A DNA stretch of 64,000 nt from an uncultured bacterium. Its GTDB lineage: Bacteria; Hydrothermota; UBA3072; B12-G15. Numbering within the stretch: the first letter of the stretch is position 1; the number at the start of each line of letters is the position of its first letter. The position numbers and the translations under genes are program-made. Under the pieces are notes generated by a model that was not told where the DNA came from, ran no database searches, and saw nothing but the letters and a program-made list of their open reading frames with translations. The stretch lies in contig CBFDSV010000004.1 of NCBI GenBank assembly GCA_965612735.1, positions 8,826 to 72,825 on the forward strand, read 5' to 3'. This document shows, piece by piece, positions 41,649-51,557 of this stretch.

Positions 41649-42272
41649 ATGAGAACTTTTTATATAGCAGGTGTCCTGATACTCGTACTCTTATCTGGAT
41701 GTGAATCTCAGGAAGGATTGTTAATTCATGCAGTCTTTGAATACTGTGATGGGAATGGATACTTTTTTGGGTATTTTCTTGATGACTGGGGAAGAAACAT
41801 CACTGGTGATGTCCAGATAACAATAAATGACTCAAGGAGTTTCACACCAGTGGATACATCAAGATACTATTTAAGTGAAGTTTATCCTGGTGCACAGTTC
41901 AAGGTGAAGTTCTCAAATTCCGATTACCCAGATGTGGAAACAACTGTTAGAATACCCGATGGCTTCTCACTTGTAAAATTTGACGGTGTGATAAATTCTG
42001 GTGAAAAGGACACGATTGTCTGGGAAACATCAGGAGAACTTCCCCAGTACTGGGAGATATTTATTCAAAACAGGGAGAGTGGATTCACATGGTACAGGTA
42101 TTATAATTCTGAAGATACAATGGCAATAATAGAGGATAATATATTCAACTTCTCTGGAACATATCAGATTATAATTGAGGCATTGAACTTTTCTGACATT
42201 GATAAGGCATCTTCCCAGTCAACAATTGTGGGGGTCTATTCAATAGAACGAAATTACACGGTTAATCGCTGA
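41649..42272 (+). CDS. Hypothetical lipoprotein
   Basis: MRTFYIAGVLILVLLSGC lipobox signal. Confidence 0.75.
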   Translation: MRTFYIAGVLILVLLSGCESQEGLLIHAVFEYCDGNGYFFGYFLDDWGRNITGDVQITINDSRSFTPVDTSRYYLSEVYPGAQFKVKFSNSDYPDVETTVRIPDGFSLVKFDGVINSGEKDTIVWETSGELPQYWEIFIQNRESGFTWYRYYNSEDTMAIIEDNIFNFSGTYQIIIEALNFSDIDKASSQSTIVGVYSIERNYTVNR

Positions 42273-44037
42273 GAAACCCTTCCACTGTTTTAATTAGTTT
42301 TTGAATGGTGTATGGCTTTGGAAGGCAAGCCTTGAACCCATATTTTGTGTATTCTGAAAGAACAATATCATCGGAATAACCACTTGATACAATTAGGTTT
42401 GCTTCAGGGTGAATCTTAAGAATCATTCTTGCAGCCTCAACACCACCCATCCCTCCAGGCACAGTCAGGTCAAGGAGAACTGCGTTGTATGGAGAACCAG
42501 ATTCAAGTGCCTTTCTGTAATTTTGAACTGCCTCCTCTCCATCGGATGCAACATCAACAGAGATACCGTTTTTCTCCAATCCTCTCTTCACAAGATCCCT
42601 CACAAGTTCCTCGTCATCCATAACAAGCACCTTTCCCCTTACCATTCTTGGAGAGTCACCTTCTTTTCTACTTTCAGTGGGTTTCCCCTCCTCAAGGGGC
42701 AGATACACATGAACTGCTGTTCCCTTCCCTTCTTCAGATTCCACTTCAATGTGTCCATTATGATTCTTCACAATCCTGTAACAAACTGAGAGTCCAAGCC
42801 CAGAACCCTTCTCTTTTGTTGTGAAGAATGGGTCAAATATTTTCCCGAGATGTTCTTCAGGTATGCCTTTCCCGTTGTCCACTATGGATATCTTTATGTA
42901 CTTTCCTGGCATCAAAGGCAGTGGATAGTTTTCATTCACATCAACCACAACCACGTATATCCTCACAACACCACCCTCTGGCATGGCCTGTGAGGCATTG
43001 ATAACAAGATTCTGTATAACCTGGCTAATCTGGACAGGGTCTATTCTCACTATGGGTAGGTTCTTCTGGAAGTGGAATTCACATCTGGACTTAGAACCCC
43101 GCAAAGAAAATTCTGCTGATTCCTTAATGATTTTCTCTATGGATGTTGCCTCCTTCACAGGGGTTCCACTTCTGGTAAAATTCATTAGTTGTGCAGTCAA
43201 CCCTCTTGCCTTCTCACATGCCTCAAGTGCCTCATCAAGGATTTCAATTATTTCTCTATTTTTCATATGTTTCATTTCCATTTTGAGGATGGAGAGATTT
43301 CCCATAATACCTGTAAGAAAATTATTGAAGTCATGTGCAATACCACCTGCAAGTATGGTAAGGGACTTTAATTTTTCCTGCTTGAGGAGTTCGTTCTGCA
43401 TTGTCTCAAAATCAGTAATATCCTTTATTGTTCCCATCACAGCAAGTCTTCCTTCATGCCTTATAATTTTTGCGTTGAAAAGGACTATAAGTGTATTTTT
43501 GTCCTTCCTTAATATCCTTAACTTGAGGGAGTTCAATGACCCCTGCTCTTTCAAGGTCTTTACTGCATTGATTATCCTGGGAACCTCTTGAGGATGTATC
43601 AATCTAAAGGGATTTATACTGAGAAGTTCCTCCTGGGTATAACCTGTAATATCCATCATCCTTTCGTTCACAAAGAGAAACTTCTTTCTATCCGTGATAA
43701 AAATCCCATCGTTGCTCTCCTCCACCAGTATCCTGTACCGCTCCTCACTCTCCACAAGCAGGGTTTCCTCCTTCCTTGAGAAGAGCGTGAAGAAGAAGAG
43801 GAAAAGAACGAATGGAAGGAGTATCATTATGTATTCTGAGAACTTAAGGAGTTCATACCCATAACCAAACAATGTAAGGCATTGACTGAATGGAAGAAAT
43901 CCAAGTAAAAGGAGAACTGCGATGCCAAGAAATCGGATGTCCCTGAGATATGGTCTATTCCAGTATTTTATGATGATAATAATCACAGCCATTATGAATC
44001 CCAGCCCCATGAAACCAATCACGCTCAGGGGTATCAT
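42262..44037 (-). CDS. Membrane hybrid sensor histidine kinase (3 TM-PAS-HisKA-HATPase-REC)
   Basis: ESEERYR PAS, LAGGIAHDFNN, NLVINA, DNGKGI, PFFTTK..GSGLGL, VMDDE...LLDL receiver. Confidence 0.93.
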   Translation of the reverse strand: MIPLSVIGFMGLGFIMAVIIIIIKYWNRPYLRDIRFLGIAVLLLLGFLPFSQCLTLFGYGYELLKFSEYIMILLPFVLFLFFFTLFSRKEETLLVESEERYRILVEESNDGIFITDRKKFLFVNERMMDITGYTQEELLSINPFRLIHPQEVPRIINAVKTLKEQGSLNSLKLRILRKDKNTLIVLFNAKIIRHEGRLAVMGTIKDITDFETMQNELLKQEKLKSLTILAGGIAHDFNNFLTGIMGNLSILKMEMKHMKNREIIEILDEALEACEKARGLTAQLMNFTRSGTPVKEATSIEKIIKESAEFSLRGSKSRCEFHFQKNLPIVRIDPVQISQVIQNLVINASQAMPEGGVVRIYVVVVDVNENYPLPLMPGKYIKISIVDNGKGIPEEHLGKIFDPFFTTKEKGSGLGLSVCYRIVKNHNGHIEVESEEGKGTAVHVYLPLEEGKPTESRKEGDSPRMVRGKVLVMDDEELVRDLVKRGLEKNGISVDVASDGEEAVQNYRKALESGSPYNAVLLDLTVPGGMGGVEAARMILKIHPEANLIVSSGYSDDIVLSEYTKYGFKACLPKPYTIQKLIKTVEGFLSD

Positions 44038-45113
44038 AGTTTACCCTCTTCCCTCATTACGATTAATAAAAACCATGCTCCGATAAAAACAGCACTCACC
44101 ATAAAAAGTACGAGATCAAAATAAAAGATGTATGGGTTCCTTGTAAGTAGAAGAACAAAATCTGTAATCCATGCAATGAGTGAAAATCCAAGACCACATA
44201 AAAGCAACCAGTAGCCCTGTATCTTGAGCATAATCTTCCATTTTTTTGTAATATATATGATAAGTAAAAGTATCAGGATTACCCTGAAATAGAGGTTCAA
44301 TTTCTCTGCCGTAAAGGCATTCAGAATCTTTGGCCTTTCTGCACCTGAAAAATATTTATCAATCAACCTGTAATAAATAGACTCTTTATCCTCCTTCATG
44401 CGCTTCAGATCTTCATCTATATCATTTATTATCTCCTTTCTTTTGAAATTCTTTGGAAAGGCAAATTTTACAGGTGTGAGATTGAAAACTATTGATGTCC
44501 TCTCAACCCTGTATTTATCCTCCATCAACTGGCCAAAGATTCTGTTAACCACACCTGCATCCGCATTACCATTTGAGATTGCATCAAACACCTCCATATA
44601 GTTGCTACACTCAACATAGTCACAATGGACACCAAGTTGTTTAAGGGTGTTTTTTATGTAAACCCCATGAATACTTCTTCTCCATATAGCAAGTCTTTTA
44701 CCTTCAAGGTCATAGAATGACTGAATGTTTTCACCAGGCCTTTTGTATATCAATGCCCAGTTGTAAAACACAGGTTCCCTGTTGAACAGATAGAGGGATT
44801 CTCTCTTGATAGATGGAGCAAGGTCAGGAAGAATATCAATATCTCCATTTTTAAGGGCTTCAAGGCAGGAATCAAAGGGCATATGTACATATTCAATCCT
44901 CCATTCCCTGTTTCTTGCAATGTATTCAATTAATTCAGGCCAGAAACCTGTAACTTTACCATCTTCTGTGAATAAAAACTTTGGGGGATTATCATACACA
45001 CCCACCTTTAAGATGCCCTTTTCACTCCCTTTGAGAAGGGGGGTAATTGTAAGGATGCTCAAAATCATTAGCAATGCAGGATTCATTCCCTTGATAATTG
45101 AACCTCTGTTCAT
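44034..45113 (-). CDS. Family 3 (amino-acid type) solute-binding domain protein with C-terminal TM helices
   Basis: LKVGVYDNPP, GFWPELI, LKNGDID, DLEGKR, GNADAGV; 3 C-terminal TM; start 45113 set by promoter. Confidence 0.8.
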   Translation of the reverse strand: MNRGSIIKGMNPALLMILSILTITPLLKGSEKGILKVGVYDNPPKFLFTEDGKVTGFWPELIEYIARNREWRIEYVHMPFDSCLEALKNGDIDILPDLAPSIKRESLYLFNREPVFYNWALIYKRPGENIQSFYDLEGKRLAIWRRSIHGVYIKNTLKQLGVHCDYVECSNYMEVFDAISNGNADAGVVNRIFGQLMEDKYRVERTSIVFNLTPVKFAFPKNFKRKEIINDIDEDLKRMKEDKESIYYRLIDKYFSGAERPKILNAFTAEKLNLYFRVILILLLIIYITKKWKIMLKIQGYWLLLCGLGFSLIAWITDFVLLLTRNPYIFYFDLVLFMVSAVFIGAWFLLIVMREEGKL

Positions 45114-45119
45114 GATTTT

Positions 45120-45148
45120 ATTATAATAAAAACCCTGTGAAGTGTCAA
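45120..45148 (-). promoter_or_regulatory. Consensus sigma70 promoter for the SBP/kinase pair (leaderless)
   Basis: Perfect TTGACA-17-TATAAT-6 nt-ATG(45113). Confidence 0.75.
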
Positions 45149-45179
45149 TGAACCCGCAGTGATTTATCAAAACATATAC

Positions 45180-45208
45180 TTGACATCAAAGAATTTATAG
45201 GTTAAGTT
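45180..45208 (+). promoter_or_regulatory. Putative promoter for the chemosensory operon (leaderless)
   Basis: TTGACA-17-TAAGTT-6 nt-ATG(45215). Confidence 0.55.
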
Positions 45209-45214
45209 TTACAT

Positions 45215-48200
45215 ATGGAAATGACCGGAGAAAAAACCTTGAAGGAGATAGAACTCCACCTTCAGGAGATAATGAGAACTATTGAAGATATTTCCTCTTC
45301 AACAGAGGTGATATACAATACAAATCTGAAATTTTCTGGAGAGATTGAGGAAATTAACAAGATCCTTGAAAACATGTTTGCAAAAATCCAGTTGTTTGTT
45401 GAGGCTGCAGGAACCATCGTTGATAGGGTGAGCAGTAGCAGAATAACACTGGAAAAGACAACTTCCACACTTGAAAAAATAGTTTCATACTATAAAGCCT
45501 TGCTTTCTTCATCTGAAAAGGCCCTGAAAGGATTTGAGGAACTTGAGACAATGGGCACAAGGATTTTTGAATTACTTGAGAGGCTTGAATCAATCAACAA
45601 AACAAGTCTTTCCACAGCAAGAAATGCTGAGATTAAGGCCTACCATGCAGGTGAAGGAGGAAAAGGGTTTGAGATTGTTGCAAGGGAACTGGGCGAGTTC
45701 ACAAAGAAATCAATCGCCCTTGTTGAAGATATTATGGAAACAATAAAAACACTCAAGGAAGAATCAATTCTGGTAAGGGAACACTTCAAGAAGTTTGAAG
45801 AACCCATACAGAAACTTGAGAAAGGGGTGGCTTCCCTTAACGATGGAATTGAGTATATTAAGGAGAGTTTCAAGAGTATTGAGGAGTACTCAAAACTTGT
45901 TGGTGAGGAGGGGGAAAAGCAGGACAGAATGAGGGCAGAACTTCAGAGGTTCACAGGTGAATTATCCACACTTTCACAGAAACTTCTTCTCAACAGTAGC
46001 AGGGCTAATTTTATAACTGGACAGAAGATTACAATGGGTGAGATTCTTTCATTCCTGTTTGAACAACTGAGAAATACCTCTGGTAATGAAACCCTTGAGG
46101 GGATAGCAAAGAAGAAGTTTGTTGCACATTTAGTCATTCTTTCATCCCTTATTGATATTATAATCACAGAACTCAGTTCAATTGATGTGAGTAAAATGAG
46201 GCAAAGTTTGAAGTTAAAAGATATTGACAGATTGAAGGAAATCATAGTCAGGCAGGAAAATCTTTCAAAGGAGATAGCATCATATGCAGACGAGGCCATA
46301 GGTGCAGCAAAACAATTGGGTGAAAATCTTGAAAAGATGGAGGAGATGAATAAATCCCTATTGGAAAAAATTGAAGAGATTGATAAAAGCCTACAGAGGG
46401 TGATAGAAGGCTTTAACCAACTTAAAAAACAGGGGAGGAATACTGTTTCTGCAACAGAGAATTTGAGGATTCTCTCTCTCTATGCAAAACTGGAGGCAGT
46501 CAGGGCAGAGGATGAAAACCTCCTGGTAATTGTTGAACAGATGGCTGAACTTTCATCCCAGTTTAAATCTGCCTCAAGAGAAATAGAAGACTTTGTTAAA
46601 GGCATCAAGGAAAGCATATTCTCCACCAACGAGGGTATATCTGAAATGGGTGCATATGTTGGGGAGACCGGGAAAAACTTACTTCAATCAGAGCAATTGC
46701 TTTCAGAGGCTGAAGAAGGTATATCCTACATAACAAGTATATCAAATGAACTAATTGACACAATAAACCAGCAAAAGGAAATAACCGACAGTTTCCTTGG
46801 AACAATCACAAGGATTTCATCTGAAATGGAGAGCAATATCAGGATCTATTCTGACCTTCAATCTGGACTCAGAGAGGAAAAAGGAGAGGTTGGGGCATTG
46901 ACCTCTCTTCTGCCTTTTAGAGAATTCCACATCCCTGAAAAAACATTCACACTTTACCTCAACTCGGATGGAGACCCTATTAATCTGGACCCTGCATATA
47001 TAGGGGATGCAACCTCCAACTTTTTTGTCAACCAACTTTACAGGGGTCTATTTGAATTTGGTTTCTCTGCACGGGTTTATGCTACCCTTCCAGAATTCGT
47101 AAAGATATCCGAGAATGGACGGAGAATAAGCATAAGATTAAAGAGGGGGATAAAGGCACACAACGGTTCTCTAATAACTGCTGAGGATGTTGTATTCAGT
47201 TTTAAGAGGGTGATGAACTCACCAAATGCCGTCTTCTTTGAGGCTGTGGATGATATTAAAGTTATTGATAACTTCACATTTGAAATTTCATTGAAGTATC
47301 CATACATTCCCCTGTTCTCAAACCTTGCCACCATAGCCGGCTCCATCATACCGCAGGATGCAGGAAACCTTGACCTTCACCCGATTGGTATTGGCCCTTA
47401 CAGATTTGTTGAATGGCAAAAAGGGAAGGAGTTCAGATTGGAAAGGTTTTCTGAATATACAGGTGGTTCTGGGTATGCTGATGAAATAGTGATAAAAATT
47501 ATACCTGATAATGATGAGGTTATTGAACGATTTAAGGCAGGGGAACTGGACATAGTTTCCCTTGGACTTTCTTCCATACCAAAACTTGAAAAAGACCCTG
47601 AGTTAAAAGCACGAATGATAAGGGTTAACAGTCTTGACATTCAATATTTTGGGTTCTGCTTTAACAAAATAGATGAAACCCCTTTCAAAGACGTCAGGGT
47701 GAGAAGGGCAATGTCCTACATGATTGATAGAGAAAAATATCTTGAAATACTGTACATGGGGCATGGTATTCCTGCCAAGGGGCTTTTCCCGCCCGGGCTT
47801 GACACCTATAATCCATCCCTCAGGGGATACGAATACAATCCTGAAAAGGCACGGGAGCTTTTAAGGGAAGCAGGTTATCCAGATGGACTTCCTGATAAAT
47901 ACTATCTTGATATCAGTAGTTCAAAGGTGAATATTAGAAGGGCGGAGGTTCTGGCTGACCAGTTCAAACAGTTCGGTATAAATCTTGAAATAAGAACAAG
48001 ACCATGGGGTGAATTTCTTGACTTTGTCCACAGGGGAGAAGCAATCATGTTCCTACTTGGATGGAATACTGATAATGGGGATCCAGACAACTTTCTTTTC
48101 CCTCTTTTCCACTCAAAAAGTATCGGTGAGGGTGGAAATTCTACCTATTATTCTAACCCTGAAGTTGACAGACTGATTGAACTTGGCATGCAGGAATTAA

Positions 48201-48379
48201 ATCCCCAGAGAAGGATTGAAATATACAGGGAAGCAGAGAGAAAAATCCTTGAAGATGCACCCATGATTTTTCTGAGCCATAAGTATGACATCTATCTTGT
48301 TCAGGATGACATAATGGGATTCAAGCCCAATCCAATATCCCATGGGACGCATTACGAACATGTCTACAAGGAGTTATAA
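45215..48379 (+). CDS. Soluble chemoreceptor-like protein: two degenerate MCP coiled-coil hairpins fused to a C-terminal family 5 (DppA/OppA) solute-binding domain
   Basis: Hairpin tips ARNAEIKAYHAGEGGKGFEIVA and ILSLYAKLEAVRAED; SBP5 motifs INLDPA, ITAEDVVFSF, PIGIGPY, DVRVRRA, YNPEKARELL, YSNPEVD; no TM or signal peptide. Confidence 0.8.
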   Translation: MEMTGEKTLKEIELHLQEIMRTIEDISSSTEVIYNTNLKFSGEIEEINKILENMFAKIQLFVEAAGTIVDRVSSSRITLEKTTSTLEKIVSYYKALLSSSEKALKGFEELETMGTRIFELLERLESINKTSLSTARNAEIKAYHAGEGGKGFEIVARELGEFTKKSIALVEDIMETIKTLKEESILVREHFKKFEEPIQKLEKGVASLNDGIEYIKESFKSIEEYSKLVGEEGEKQDRMRAELQRFTGELSTLSQKLLLNSSRANFITGQKITMGEILSFLFEQLRNTSGNETLEGIAKKKFVAHLVILSSLIDIIITELSSIDVSKMRQSLKLKDIDRLKEIIVRQENLSKEIASYADEAIGAAKQLGENLEKMEEMNKSLLEKIEEIDKSLQRVIEGFNQLKKQGRNTVSATENLRILSLYAKLEAVRAEDENLLVIVEQMAELSSQFKSASREIEDFVKGIKESIFSTNEGISEMGAYVGETGKNLLQSEQLLSEAEEGISYITSISNELIDTINQQKEITDSFLGTITRISSEMESNIRIYSDLQSGLREEKGEVGALTSLLPFREFHIPEKTFTLYLNSDGDPINLDPAYIGDATSNFFVNQLYRGLFEFGFSARVYATLPEFVKISENGRRISIRLKRGIKAHNGSLITAEDVVFSFKRVMNSPNAVFFEAVDDIKVIDNFTFEISLKYPYIPLFSNLATIAGSIIPQDAGNLDLHPIGIGPYRFVEWQKGKEFRLERFSEYTGGSGYADEIVIKIIPDNDEVIERFKAGELDIVSLGLSSIPKLEKDPELKARMIRVNSLDIQYFGFCFNKIDETPFKDVRVRRAMSYMIDREKYLEILYMGHGIPAKGLFPPGLDTYNPSLRGYEYNPEKARELLREAGYPDGLPDKYYLDISSSKVNIRRAEVLADQFKQFGINLEIRTRPWGEFLDFVHRGEAIMFLLGWNTDNGDPDNFLFPLFHSKSIGEGGNSTYYSNPEVDRLIELGMQELNPQRRIEIYREAERKILEDAPMIFLSHKYDIYLVQDDIMGFKPNPISHGTHYEHVYKEL

Positions 48380-48799
48380 ATGGAAGTATTGACATTTTAT
48401 CTGGAGGAAGAGCCATACGGAATTGATGTGAGGAATATTGTTGAAATAGTGGAGAAACTTGAGCCTGTGAAGGTTCCCCTATCACCCCCCTATGTTGAAG
48501 GTATAGCAAATTTAAGGGGAGAGATTGTGCCCATTGTGAATCTAAAAAAAAGGTTCGGTGCAAAAAAATCAGGAGGACAATCCATAGTTGTTATAATACT
48601 TCATAAAGGTGAGAAGGTTGGTATAATGATTGACAGAATTTCAGGGATTCAAAATGTTCAGGAAACAGAACTGAAGAAACCAACCAGACGGTTGAAGAAA
48701 CTCATCCCCCCTGAATTCCTTGCAGGTGTCTTTTCGGTTGGTAAAACCAGGTATCTTTTGCTTGACATTGATAAAATCTTAGAAGAAAAAGGAGGATAA
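48380..48799 (+). CDS. cheW: Chemotaxis coupling protein CheW
   Basis: TFYL...YGID, VP..PPYVEGIANLRGEIVPIVNL, LLDIDKIL. Confidence 0.93.
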   Translation: MEVLTFYLEEEPYGIDVRNIVEIVEKLEPVKVPLSPPYVEGIANLRGEIVPIVNLKKRFGAKKSGGQSIVVIILHKGEKVGIMIDRISGIQNVQETELKKPTRRLKKLIPPEFLAGVFSVGKTRYLLLDIDKILEEKGG

Positions 48800-49165
48800 A
48801 TGGGCGTAAGGGTTTTAGTCGTTGATGACGCTATTTTTATGAGAAAGATGCTTGGGGATATACTCAGAAAAGAGGGATACGAAATCGTGGCAGAGGCTGA
48901 AAATGGCAAGGAGGCTGTTGAAAAGTACAAGGAATTAAAACCAGACCTTGTGACAATGGACATCATCATGCCTGATATGAGCGGGATTGATGCTGTGAAG
49001 GAGATTATCAAAATTGACCCCGATGCAAAGATAATAATGGTAAGCGCAATGGGACACCAGACCCTTGTAATTGAGGCAATACAGGCAGGTGCAAAGGACT
49101 ATGTGGTTAAACCTTTCCAGCCTTCAAGGGTTCTTGAAGCCGTACAGAGGGTGCTGAAACTGTAA
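48800..49165 (+). CDS. cheY: Chemotaxis response regulator CheY
   Basis: VLVVDDAIFMR, DLVTMDIIMP, MVSAMG, VKPF; single domain within che cluster. Confidence 0.93.
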   Translation: MGVRVLVVDDAIFMRKMLGDILRKEGYEIVAEAENGKEAVEKYKELKPDLVTMDIIMPDMSGIDAVKEIIKIDPDAKIIMVSAMGHQTLVIEAIQAGAKDYVVKPFQPSRVLEAVQRVLKL

Positions 49166-49170
49166 AAGAT

Positions 49171-50922
49171 ATGATTGATAATTCTGTTGGTGAAGAGTAC
49201 AAAAAACTGTTTAAGAGCGAGGTTATATCTTACCTTGACAACCTCAACAACCTTGTGGTGGAACTTGAAAAACACCCTGAGAGGAAGGATGTTATTGATG
49301 AAATCTTCAGGATTTTCCACACGATCAAAAGTATGGCAGGAACAATGGGTTATGAAGAGATGTCACAACTCTGCCACAGAATTGAAGACCTTCTGTTTCC
49401 TGTAAGAAACGGAGAAGAAAAGGTATCCCAGAATCTCATTGATGAAATCCTGAATGGAATAGACTTTATTGAAAATTTCGTCACCGGTGAGAAGAAAACC
49501 ATTAACAGGCTAAAAATAACGTTGAATAAAGAGACACCTCTTCCTGGCGCAAGATTCTTCACAATACTCAATAACCTGAAATCCATTACCGATGTGGAAC
49601 TTCTTGAACCAGGTATTGAGGAACTTACAGGTGAAGAGGATATCTTCCAGTTTGTGATTTCCACAGGCAACCCAGAGAAGATTCAGGAAGAACTAAGAAA
49701 ATACTCAGAGGTTGAAAAGGTTGAATTGCTTGCTGAAGAGGAAAAGGAACACGTTGTAAAGGATGAGTCAAAAAAACCAAGAGAGTTGAGGGTTGATATT
49801 GAGGACCTTGATGCCCTCCAGAATATTCTTGCCGAACTTGTCATCACAAGGGAAAGGCTGAAGGAACTCATTAAAGAGAGGGGTGATGCTGATTTGAATT
49901 CTGCAATGGAATTCCACTCAAGGGCAATCTCAGACCTTCAAAACATAGTTATGAAGATAAGGATGGTTCCACTTTCACACATATTTGACAGATTTCCCAG
50001 GTATGTGAGAGACCTGGCAAAAAACCTGGGCAAAAAAATCAACCTGAAAATAATCGGGAGTGATATTGAACTTGACAGGTCACTCATTGAAAGTATTTCA
50101 GACCCATTGCATCACCTTGTGAGAAATGCAGTTGACCATGGGATTGAACCCCCTGAAGAGAGAAAAAGGATGGGGAAAAATGAAGAAGGAACAATTGAGA
50201 TTAAGGCATCAAGGGAGAAGGGTTTCATAAAGATTACAATCTCGGATGATGGGAGTGGCATAGATACCGAGAACATAAAAATTATGGCTTTAAAGAAGGG
50301 ATTGATAAAGGAAGAGCAGGCAGGAAGGCTGAGTGAAAGGGAACTTATTTCCTTCCTGTTTCTACCTGGATTCAGTACAAGAGAAGAGGTGAGTGACCTT
50401 TCAGGCAGGGGTGTTGGGCTTGATGTGGTTAGGGAAGCCATGAGGAAGATTGGAGGAAATGTGGAGCTCCATTCTGTTCAGGGAAAGGGTACAACAATAA
50501 ACCTTTACATCCCCCTCACCATGGCAATAATCAAGGCTTACATTATAAGGGTAGAAAATGAATTCTATGCAATACCTTTAACCTTTTTGATAGAGACCAC
50601 ATCCGTTGATAAAAACAGAGTATCATTCATCCATGGAAAACCACTTGTCATCTTGAGAAACGAGGTGATGCCCCTCTACAATCTGAGAAAGATATTGAGT
50701 CTTAAAGACAGAAATGGAGATGGAACAGATATGCCTACCCTGGTGTTGAATGTTGAGGGCAAAAGATTTATATTATTGGCAGATGAACTGATAACATCTG
50801 GAGATATTGTGGTTAAACATCTTCCTGTGATAATAAGAGATATCAGACAATATACGGGTGTAACCATAATGGGCGATGGATATCCCTGTCTTATACTTGA
50901 TGTGCCAAATCTTGTTCAATAG
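49171..50922 (+). CDS. cheA: Chemotaxis histidine kinase CheA
   Basis: Hpt IFRIFHTIKSMAG, P2-like region, RMVP, HLVRNAVDHGIE, SDDGSG, SGRGVGLDVV, C-terminal CheW domain. Confidence 0.96.
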   Translation: MIDNSVGEEYKKLFKSEVISYLDNLNNLVVELEKHPERKDVIDEIFRIFHTIKSMAGTMGYEEMSQLCHRIEDLLFPVRNGEEKVSQNLIDEILNGIDFIENFVTGEKKTINRLKITLNKETPLPGARFFTILNNLKSITDVELLEPGIEELTGEEDIFQFVISTGNPEKIQEELRKYSEVEKVELLAEEEKEHVVKDESKKPRELRVDIEDLDALQNILAELVITRERLKELIKERGDADLNSAMEFHSRAISDLQNIVMKIRMVPLSHIFDRFPRYVRDLAKNLGKKINLKIIGSDIELDRSLIESISDPLHHLVRNAVDHGIEPPEERKRMGKNEEGTIEIKASREKGFIKITISDDGSGIDTENIKIMALKKGLIKEEQAGRLSERELISFLFLPGFSTREEVSDLSGRGVGLDVVREAMRKIGGNVELHSVQGKGTTINLYIPLTMAIIKAYIIRVENEFYAIPLTFLIETTSVDKNRVSFIHGKPLVILRNEVMPLYNLRKILSLKDRNGDGTDMPTLVLNVEGKRFILLADELITSGDIVVKHLPVIIRDIRQYTGVTIMGDGYPCLILDVPNLVQ

Positions 50923-50933
50923 GAGGAACCTAT

Positions 50934-51557
50934 ATGAGGTTAAAGGACTTAAACAAATTACATCTGGATGGAATTAAAGAGGCAGCAAATATAGGTAGTG
51001 GACATGCAGCCACTGCCCTTTCCCAGATGATGGGGAAGAGTATCATGGTGAGTGTTCCAGAGGTTAAAGTTTTGAAACTGGAGGAAGTTCCGTATATATT
51101 TGGTGAAAAAACACCTGTTGTTGCAGCAGTGCTCACCAACTTTTTCGGGGACATAACAGGTAGAAACCTCCTTGTTTTCCCTGAGGATAAAGCACGCCTC
51201 CTTGTGGACATCCTTCTGGCAAAAAATCCAGGTGAAACTGTTGGTTTTGGAGAGATGGAAATATCATCCCTCAAGGAGATAGCAAACATAGTTTCAAGTT
51301 CCTACCTGAGTGCTATCTCTGAATTTTTAGGGATAATGGTGCTGCCCTCTGTTCCATCCTTCACACTTGATGACCTTGCAGCAGTTCTCACAAGCGTTTA
51401 TCTACAGTTTACTGACGAGGATGATAGGGAGTATGCATTCTGTGTTGAGACAAGTTTTTACTTCACCGAAGAGGCTGTTAAACTGGAGGGATACCTTCTT
51501 ATGATACCTGACAAAATGGGACTTGAAAGAATGTTAAAAAGCCTTGGACTTCTGTAA
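50934..51557 (+). CDS. cheC: CheY-P phosphatase CheC
   Basis: DGIKEAANIGSGHAATALS and SSLKEIANI (two ExxN motifs). Confidence 0.92.
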   Translation: MRLKDLNKLHLDGIKEAANIGSGHAATALSQMMGKSIMVSVPEVKVLKLEEVPYIFGEKTPVVAAVLTNFFGDITGRNLLVFPEDKARLLVDILLAKNPGETVGFGEMEISSLKEIANIVSSSYLSAISEFLGIMVLPSVPSFTLDDLAAVLTSVYLQFTDEDDREYAFCVETSFYFTEEAVKLEGYLLMIPDKMGLERMLKSLGLL

